A stretch of DNA of 36,533 nt from the IMG/VR virus record IMGVR_UViG_3300039441_000119, positions 1 through 36,533 of that record. One strand, written 5' to 3'. Numbering within the stretch: the stretch's first letter is position 1; every line of letters begins with the position of its first letter. The notes under the pieces are model-generated. The model did no database searches. It had not been told where the DNA came from and worked only from the letters and a program-made list of their open reading frames with translations. This stretch comes from a virus. Taxonomy: Duplodnaviria; Caudoviricetes. Shown here piece after piece: positions 8,676-16,400 of the stretch. The translations under genes and the position numbers were made by a program.

Positions 8676-9227
8676 TCAGTCCTGAATGCCCGCTCGCAGG
8701 GCGACCTGCTTCACAGCCTCGACGAGGTCGATGTTCGGCACCATGTAGTATTGAAGCGTGTGCAGTCGAATGACGTCCTCGACGTGGCGAATGTTCTCGT
8801 TCCATTCCTTGAGGTCCATCTCGTCGATGTAGCCGACTCGCTCGCGTGCGCGCTCGAGGATGTCCTCATTCGGTGAGTAGAGCCGCACGAGAAGTCCTGA
8901 ACCGAGATGCAGCAGACCATCGTCAACGAATCCCTGAACGTCCTCGGGTGCGATGAGACCGCCGTCGACGTCGGCGAATACGGTTAGGTTCGGATTATTG
9001 TCGACGACTCGTACGAGTGCCTCGCGACTCCAGCTATCGCAGTACGGAACGATGATATTTGGCCTCGAGGTCGCATGCGCTAGGCAATCCACGACGGTTG
9101 AGGTTCCTACGCCCGGTGGTCCGAACACGATGACAACCTGACCGGCATCCTTCGATGGAGCGTTTGCGGCAGGACCGACCTTCTTCGGTCGTCGCCTGCG
9201 CGCGCGTCGTTTGGGGAAGCTGGCCAT
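8676..9227 (-). CDS. adenylate/NMP-kinase-like P-loop protein with degenerate Walker A
   Basis: VVIVFGPPGVGTST (cf. GPPGxGKxT), DVDGG (cf. LLDGFPR), LYSPNEDILERARER (cf. LDVPDEVLVERL). Confidence 0.6.
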   Translation of the reverse strand: MASFPKRRARRRRPKKVGPAANAPSKDAGQVVIVFGPPGVGTSTVVDCLAHATSRPNIIVPYCDSWSREALVRVVDNNPNLTVFADVDGGLIAPEDVQGFVDDGLLHLGSGLLVRLYSPNEDILERARERVGYIDEMDLKEWNENIRHVEDVIRLHTLQYYMVPNIDLVEAVKQVALRAGIQD

Positions 9228-9277
9228 GTTGCTTTGAGTCTACCTAGGCGCCAACTACGTAGTGCGAAACCTGCCTG

Positions 9278-9871
9278 CTAAAACTCCACTGGCCAGCGTG
9301 GACTGTATGCGATGTCGGTAACGAGAAGGCCTTCAATCTTGTTCGGCTTGAACGAGTGAATTTTGTTGTGGATGCGGCAGTAGCCATAGAAACGCTCCTC
9401 GCGTTTCGGCTTCGGCGGCACGTGCGTGCTAGGGTCTGAGCGCGCCTTCGCAACTGCAGCATCGTAGGCTGCCTGCGAAACCGGGTCTGCCGTGCCGCTC
9501 ATCCTGTATGAATAGGGCTCGACCTGTCGCCATTGCCCATTGTAACTCATTAGAATCATTAGTTTATTCTGCGCCGCGTACTGTATTCGGTACTTGATGG
9601 TGGGCATATCGAGCGGCGCATTCGGGTCGAGCAGTCTACGCTGAACCGGCCCCATCGTTCGCAGCTTGTCGCGCACGCGATTCTTGATGCGGTCGGCGAA
9701 GCCTTCTGAAACTTCCTCATCCTCCGGCGCCTCGAGCTCTTGATTCCATTGACTCTGACCGAGCTCGGGTGCGTAGGTCTCCGGAGCGAGTTCCTGCCTT
9801 ACACGCTTCTCAATTCGTCCCAGCGCCTCATCCTTGATCTTCTGGAGGAAACTCGGTGTCCAACGAGGCAT
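9278..9871 (-). CDS. WYL-domain protein
   Basis: IQYAAQNKLMILMSY..WRQVEPYSYR ... FYGYCRIHNKIHSFKPNKIEGL follows the WYL pattern (Y..R.VEPY ... C...R.F+.D+I). Confidence 0.8.
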   Translation of the reverse strand: MPRWTPSFLQKIKDEALGRIEKRVRQELAPETYAPELGQSQWNQELEAPEDEEVSEGFADRIKNRVRDKLRTMGPVQRRLLDPNAPLDMPTIKYRIQYAAQNKLMILMSYNGQWRQVEPYSYRMSGTADPVSQAAYDAAVAKARSDPSTHVPPKPKREERFYGYCRIHNKIHSFKPNKIEGLLVTDIAYSPRWPVEF

Positions 9872-9873
9872 GT

Positions 9874-10296
9874 CTAGATAATGCCTAGAGCCCTTATGAT
9901 AGCTGACAAGGTCGGCAGTCCGACCCTACGATAGACGACCTTGTCGGCCTTCAGGATGAGAACAGTTGGCGTCGAGACGACTCGATGTCGAGCTATGGTA
10001 TGAAGCTGGTCTAGGTCGAAGCCTAGCTTGTGGACGAGCTGTGTCGCAATGCCGGCGGCCCCAAGAGACTTGACTAGGGCCTTGGCCCGCTCGGCGCCCC
10101 GGTCAACGTCGTCCCGAGAGTAGAAGACGAGCACTTCGGTTTTTGGCTTTGCTGCACTTGCGCGCATGGCCGCTGCGTACTTCTTCCGCATCTCGTTGTC
10201 TAAGTCGTCGTGCCCGCTGTAGTAGCGCGGTCGGAACGGTTTGGGCACTTCATTTTCGTAGCTCGTCTTCGTAATATCTTCGTGCACACTCGACAT
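9874..10296 (-). CDS. thioredoxin-fold protein lacking CxxC
   Basis: VLVFYS ... ARHRVVSTPTVLILKADKVVYRRVG is the typical Trx C-terminal half with the cis-Pro motif; no Cys; start either 10296 (GAGGTG RBS) or 10191. Confidence 0.6.
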   Translation of the reverse strand: MSSVHEDITKTSYENEVPKPFRPRYYSGHDDLDNEMRKKYAAAMRASAAKPKTEVLVFYSRDDVDRGAERAKALVKSLGAAGIATQLVHKLGFDLDQLHTIARHRVVSTPTVLILKADKVVYRRVGLPTLSAIIRALGII

Positions 10297-10550
10297 CTCG
10301 TCACCTCATGAATGGAGTTTGGACGAGCATAACGGACTCTTCCGCAAGCGCAAAGCATCCTGTAGCAGAAAGAGACTTCGTCGACGGGACGATGGACTTC
10401 CTGTCCGTTTCGTAGGTCACGCTCAGTGTACGGTTGCGATTCGTCTATGGACGACCGAACCTCGACGAGAGTCCAGACGACATCGCCCACGACGACCGTA
10501 GGAGCGAGTGCGGCCCTTCGTCGAGCACGCTTTTCGGCAGGAGTGAACAA
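10200..10550 (-). CDS. Zn-binding hypothetical protein
   Basis: MLCACGRVRY ... RCRVC; probable TTG start at 10550 just after the tail fibre stop; start uncertain. Confidence 0.55.
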   Translation of the reverse strand: MFTPAEKRARRRAALAPTVVVGDVVWTLVEVRSSIDESQPYTERDLRNGQEVHRPVDEVSFCYRMLCACGRVRYARPNSIHEVTRCRVCTKILRRRATKMKCPNRSDRATTAGTTT

Positions 10551-10576
10551 CGATGAACGCTCTCGTTGTGATGAAA

Positions 10577-13369
10577 CTATGACTGCCGTCCGTACACCGA
10601 CACAAAAAGGTCGAATGGTGGGGGAGTGTCGCCGGTATCGAACAATCCCGTCGGGCCGGAAATGCTCTTGCGCTGACCCTGGTCCCAAATGAACGGGGCG
10701 AGATAGAAGTAGGCCGTATTCCTGAGAGTGGGACGAAACATGGCGATGGCCTCGTCGTGCGACCCGGTGTTTGGGTTGTCCTTAAGCATCATCGCCTCAA
10801 CGCCGTAGTCGGCACTGGCCATCTGTCCGGTCACGGTGAAGTCGGCCCGTATGACCTGAAGTCCGAGGCCGTCCGTTACGTCTGAGACGCTCGCGATGTT
10901 GTATCCGTCAACGATAGACAGATTCGCGGTGCCGGCAGTACCAGACGTGGAATTCAGTCGAATGACCGCCCAGGCCTTAGATGCGTTGAGGGCTACGACG
11001 CTATTTGGAACAACCCCCGTCCCGACGATTGGATTCGTATGCGGACCGGAGATGAAGCGGAGCGTTCCGTCATAGATACGGGACACGCCTCCGTCCGGAG
11101 CGAGGATGTACTCAGCCCCGTTAGACGACCAGCCCACATCGGTATCGGCCCAACCGTTTGCGCCGGTGTGGCGGAGCGACTTTGAACCGGTACTGCCACT
11201 TCTGAACAGGATTGCCTCCCTGGTCAAATCGTCGAACAGCCAGGTGCTAGACCCGGTATCCCATCGAGCATTGACGACCTCCTCAATGAAGAATCCTTGG
11301 TCTCCTGTATACGAATTGGAGAACGATGCGACGTACTTTCTCCACTTGGTCAGTCCCATGGACACGGTCTCGATGAGATGGCGTGCTGTCGTGTCACCTC
11401 CGATGGTGACGTCGGCTTCGAATCGTGTTAGGTCATTGTTGGTCAGGTTTTGAAGACCTGCGAAGACGGTCCCAGCGAACTGCCCAGAACCGGACGTACC
11501 GGAGATGGACGACTTAGGCTCCCACTGAGAGTCCGTCCACGAGGGTGACCCTGCAACTTTACCCCAAGTGGCGAATCCATTCGAGTAAAATGAGAACAGG
11601 CTGGACGTCTGCGTGCTAACATCCTGCGACCACACCGAGGTGTTCGGATTCCAGCTCGCGTTGACGGCGACTTCGAACGTCGCGCCGATGACCGAGAAAG
11701 CCTTTGCGAAGAATCGGACAGTCCCATTCGCGAGTGGTAGCGTCGATGGCGAGGACCACAGTAGCGTTCTCTGAGTATCGGCGTAGATCGCGTTGACGCG
11801 AGGATTGTCGAGGTCCGCTGTGTTCAAGAACCCGGTTCCGAGATTCATCATGCCCATCTTGGGGGACGAGACGTTGAATCCGGCACTCGCCCACGATTGA
11901 ACGAAGTCTGAGTCGGGGAAGCTCGAGAGGCCCCCAGTGTAGACCTGCTGTCCCATGCCGTGGTGCGCAAAGAGAACGCGTGTCGCGATATCGCTTGAGT
12001 CGTCCTTTATCCAGACGACGCCGTCGTCGCTCCATCGAGCGTTCGTGACGATTTCCATCTCGTCCGAGGTGTTCTTGTAGAAGCGGATATTGTAGTCGCC
12101 CGCCGTGAGATTCCACTCGAGCGTTCGAGCTACGCCGACGGCCGTGGAGCGTGGTGTAGTAATACGCGCCATCTCGGCGCTAGCGCTGTCGGCAAGCTCG
12201 TCAGTTCCCAAGACCAGGGGCTTCGGAATGATGGCGATGTGTTGAGCCAGGTCTGGATAGCCCGTGCCGTGCGGGTCCTCAGGCGTCGGTGTGTACGAGC
12301 CGAGCTTCAATCGATGAAGCTCGTCGGAGGCTGAGAAGATGGGACCATAGTCTTCGTAGAACGCGCTGACGACGACCTGGTCAGCGAACGGATAGCCGGT
12401 AATCGGTAGAAGGTCGGTGATAACCTCGACCGTGATCGTCTTCGTCGTCTCTCCGGAAGTCTCAGAGTTGACGACGAACGTCTGTGGTAGCGGTGATGGT
12501 GAGAACACCACTCCACCGACGCCAGTCGGCGACACGGACGTGCCGAGCGTGTTCGGCGACATCCATCGGAGCCGCAGCGAACCTGGGGCCAGCGCACCAA
12601 ACAGCCATAGCTGCCCAAGGCCAAGATTCGTATCGGAGCTGACGTGCTTGATGTTGATGCCCTTGATGTCGCCGTTCGGTGTGTCAACAATCGTCACGGC
12701 TGCAAGAGGGAGGGCGCTGAGACCGGCGGCCAGAATGCGCTGTGGGTCTAATTGCTGTAGGATAAGGCCTCCCGCGAAGTCGCCGGTCGCATCGGCGTCC
12801 TCGGTTGCCTGAGCGCCGGAGTAGCCGATGGGAGCCCCGCCCGAGAAGCCCTTGCCGAAAACCGAGGCGACGATGAGCATTCGGTCTTGCACATCGACGG
12901 CGAGCGTGGCGGAGTTGTCGAGTGAGAGGTTCGTCGCCAGGTCAGCGTCCGCCGAGACCGGCAGCGCGTTGAACTGGGAGCGTGTGAGGACCTTGAGCTC
13001 GGACGAGCGAGTCGCGATAGTGTTTCGCGTCGAACCTCCGTCCTCGTGTGCCTCTCGATTATCGTCGACCTCGCGGTAGGCGAGCACGACGAGATTCTCG
13101 ACATCGTTGGTGTAGTCGGCGAGTGCGAAGTTCGCCAGGTCGTTCGACACGACCAGCTCAACGTAATCGCCCCTGGGCGTGTAGCCGAAGCCCGGCGTGA
13201 CGTCGAATCGAGTGTTCGGCGTGCCGATGCTGATGTCGAGTCCAGAAGCACGACCAGACCTGGACATGTCGACCGTTCGTCGCTGGATATGGAACTCTGC
13301 GGCGTCCGGTCCCTCCTGAAGAGTAGAGGAGTGAACCTCAATTCCGTCATTGTACAGTGGCTTGTCCAT
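10577..13369 (-). CDS. tail fibre / receptor-binding protein
   Basis: N-terminal GLDISIG..FDVTPGFGYTPRGDYVEL baseplate-attachment-type motif, DPHG motif, three internal NA[RS]W repeats, C-terminal KAWAVI ... YNIASVSD ... MASADY domain typical of phage fibres; last gene of tail module. Confidence 0.75.
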   Translation of the reverse strand: MDKPLYNDGIEVHSSTLQEGPDAAEFHIQRRTVDMSRSGRASGLDISIGTPNTRFDVTPGFGYTPRGDYVELVVSNDLANFALADYTNDVENLVVLAYREVDDNREAHEDGGSTRNTIATRSSELKVLTRSQFNALPVSADADLATNLSLDNSATLAVDVQDRMLIVASVFGKGFSGGAPIGYSGAQATEDADATGDFAGGLILQQLDPQRILAAGLSALPLAAVTIVDTPNGDIKGINIKHVSSDTNLGLGQLWLFGALAPGSLRLRWMSPNTLGTSVSPTGVGGVVFSPSPLPQTFVVNSETSGETTKTITVEVITDLLPITGYPFADQVVVSAFYEDYGPIFSASDELHRLKLGSYTPTPEDPHGTGYPDLAQHIAIIPKPLVLGTDELADSASAEMARITTPRSTAVGVARTLEWNLTAGDYNIRFYKNTSDEMEIVTNARWSDDGVVWIKDDSSDIATRVLFAHHGMGQQVYTGGLSSFPDSDFVQSWASAGFNVSSPKMGMMNLGTGFLNTADLDNPRVNAIYADTQRTLLWSSPSTLPLANGTVRFFAKAFSVIGATFEVAVNASWNPNTSVWSQDVSTQTSSLFSFYSNGFATWGKVAGSPSWTDSQWEPKSSISGTSGSGQFAGTVFAGLQNLTNNDLTRFEADVTIGGDTTARHLIETVSMGLTKWRKYVASFSNSYTGDQGFFIEEVVNARWDTGSSTWLFDDLTREAILFRSGSTGSKSLRHTGANGWADTDVGWSSNGAEYILAPDGGVSRIYDGTLRFISGPHTNPIVGTGVVPNSVVALNASKAWAVIRLNSTSGTAGTANLSIVDGYNIASVSDVTDGLGLQVIRADFTVTGQMASADYGVEAMMLKDNPNTGSHDEAIAMFRPTLRNTAYFYLAPFIWDQGQRKSISGPTGLFDTGDTPPPFDLFVSVYGRQS
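11125..12217 (-). repeat. three diverged ~110-125 aa repeats within the tail fibre
   Basis: IVTNARWSDDGVVWIKDD / VAVNASWNPNTSVWSQDV / VVNARWDTGSSTWLFDD, each preceded by RTLEW / RTLLW / RHLIE. Confidence 0.7.
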
Positions 13370-13443
13370 GATGCTGTCCTATCGTTTATTGCTGCGGTTG
13401 CTTAATGCGCGCCGGACGCTATATCGGCGTGAGAATGCTCCCA

Positions 13444-16400
13444 CTAGGTGGGAGTCAGAATACCCGGAGCGTGCGGCGACGCGCCGAACAGGTGAAGGCC
13501 CTTGATGCCCATGCCGTAGAGTCGGAAGTCTCGCACGTCGATAACGCCATAGGCCGAGACGCGCATCTGATGCCATGGCAGGACGTGATTCAGTGAAACG
13601 TCCGAGCCGATGATGAAGAACGGACTGACCGTCTTTCCTTGGGCGAGTTCGGTCGGGTCAATCTGCGTCCACGGCACGACGTCGCTGAGCAGGTCCGACT
13701 CGTTCTCTGCGGCCCGCCATTCGAGCAGCAGATTGGGAACAGCCTGAACGTGTGGAACCTTCGCCGTGTAGGAGATAGTGTAGATGGAGTTGTTATCGAA
13801 CACCGTCGGGGTAATCTTGATGGTCTTCGAGTCGACGAAGCTCCAGTCAGCAAAGTTGACCGTCTCCTGGATGAGACCGTTGTTGCGTGTGAGCGTGGCG
13901 GGGCTGGTCATATCGGCCCGTTCGGAGAGTGGAGCGGTGAAGTCGGCGATGAACTGGGCCTGCTCAATACGTGGGACGAATCGCTCGATGACCTCATGTC
14001 GCCGGTAGGCCGGCGAGTCGAGTAGCCACACGTAGTCCTCCTTGACCATTCCTGTTCCTTGCAGCTGGAAGGTTCTACCGGTCGCCCTGATGAGGACGTC
14101 GTAGTCGAGCGAGTATGTGGAGGCCGGGTCGAAGTATGGCGCGTTGATGCGAATCTGGGAGATGGAAGTAAACTCCCAAGGTTGAATGCTGTTGTCGTCA
14201 ATCGTATCGGTTACGGGAATCGGCGTACCGGCCGGAATGACGGTGACGAGACCGTCCGAGTTCGTAAGCACGACGTCGACAGGCTTGGCCTCGTAGAGTC
14301 GAGCGCCGGTGCCGCGACCAGTGTTCGGCGCCTGGGGATAGAGCGGTCCGCTAAGGTTGCCGTCGTGGTCGGAGGTATTCGCCAGGTTTGCTCGCGCAGT
14401 TCCTGGACCGTCGCCTCCATCAAGCATCGCCAACGGCTCAGACGTCACCGCTGAGATGCGGGTCGGGCGAACATAACTCATCCGAGATGGCGTACCGATA
14501 ACAACCTCAACGTTGGTAAGCGTGTCCGCCGTTTGAAGCGCTAGCCAGTCCGTGCTGTCGTACGTCCCTCGCAGGTTGAATCGAACGAGCGAGGAGCCCG
14601 AGTCGTCGAGCTCGGAGACGTCGAATCGGTCGTAGTAGCCGTGCGAGTTCGTGATGTAGTCGATGTGGCCCGGCGTCTTTGCCGTTGAGACTCCGATGCT
14701 ATTGTCGGCATTCGGCAAGATATCCGAAGCCTGCGGCAGACCGAGATATCGTCCCTCCTCAGAGGTCAGCGGTTCGGCCGACCAGACGTAGAGAAGCTCG
14801 CCGAACTTGGCCCGCTTCTGCGAACGAGGAACGGTATTGTCACCTACGGCGAGTCCCGTTCCAGTCGTGGAGCGCAGCGACATCTGCTCAATGCTCATCG
14901 TTCCGACGGTCGCGTCGGATGGACTTCGGGTCAGGCGGATGATGCAGCTGACGGCATCGTAGGGAACGAAGAACGACCCCTCGAGCGAGCTCGGAAACTG
15001 AGGACCGACGAAGCCGGTCGAACTGTCCACACTCTGCAAAATGGTGATGGGGACGGTCGTGTCGATGACGGTGTGGAAAACTGAACCACCGTCGAACGAA
15101 ACTTCGATGAGATACTCGGTGTTGTTTGTCGTGTGCTCCTGTAGCCAGATGGACAGACTAAGTGGGAAGCCTTTGTAGTCGTTCCAGGCCCTCGGTACGT
15201 CCCTCTGAAACTGAACGGATGGGCCAGTTAGCACAACTCGAGATGGTACGAGCAATCCCGGAGTGGTGGAGTCTGCGATGTCATCGACGTTTGTGCACAC
15301 GACCGCAGTGCTAGCGCTCGTGATAAGCCAGCCATCCGGCATGTCCGAGCCGTAGATGAGCAGGTCGTCCTCGACCACTGAGGGGGCCGGCAGCAGCTCC
15401 CACTCGAACGTCGATGGCGGAGCGGGCGAGACCCCCTCCTGAATTCCGTCGAGATTTGTGAAGTCAACGTAGAGTCCGCTCACGCCGTCGTGTGCAGTAA
15501 CGACGAACGTTCCGTCGTTCTCTAGATTCTCGGCCGACGAAACCTCGATAGTCGTCGTGCCGTTGATGACCGAGAGGAAGTCTGCCCGCGCTGAGGTCAG
15601 GCGCATTCCTCCGGTCGCGTCGATGCCGTTGACGAACGAGATGGAATCGCCGAAGTCGTGGAACGGTCGGAACTGCGCGTCGACTACGACGTCGACGGTT
15701 CCGAGACCGGACGTGCCTCGCGCCTCATACGGAGCGTCGTCGACGAGCTCTACGATAGCCTCGGCCGGCCAGGCGAATGGCGCTGGTAGGGCGGAATCGG
15801 TCGTGAGCGAGTCTGGTCCGCTGAGGACGCCATTGTCGATGACGGTGAGCGTCTCTCCAGGATGGTAGACAGCTCCAGAGCCGGCATGCGCGACGAGTGG
15901 ATAGGTAAATCGAGCTCCACCGACACTGTTCTCGTGTAGAATGTACGCGTCGCCTGCCGTTCCACCGTACGGGCTTGCAGCGCTAACAGGGCCGGCAAGT
16001 CCGATAATTTGGTGAAGTCCGACGTTGTGTGAGTCGCTATCGGTCCATCGTACGTAGCCGCCGACATCCGATGCTGTGAAGGTGTAGCCAGGAATATGCA
16101 CGGCCACTACGGCCACGAGGTTGTCGAAGACCAGCGGCAGTGGAACGTTTAACGGGTAGCTAACGGTGTAGATGTCGCCCGAGGTCGAGGGAACCCGAAG
16201 ACATCGCACTCTAATTTTGAATCGTCGACGGTCGTTCGGGTCGGTCGATGCGACCTGCGGAAACAGCGCACCGTGTCCAGTCTTCACGAACAGCGTGCGC
16301 GAACCTGGAGAGACGTCGAATGCGAGCCGTGTAGTCGTAAATGGAAGTCCGAAAATCTCAGGACCGGCATCACACGGAATCGGGTGAAACTTCACTCGTG

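Noticed and set aside
10577-13369. Diversity-generating retroelement or invertible tail-fibre cassette
   Set aside because: No reverse transcriptase, invertase, near-identical TR/VR pair or inverted crossover sites seen in this window
13370-13443. Terminator or promoter in the 74-bp gap before the tail fibre gene
   Set aside because: Only a 5-6 bp stem (CGCCG/CGGCG) with no adjacent U-tract and no recognisable -35/-10 pair
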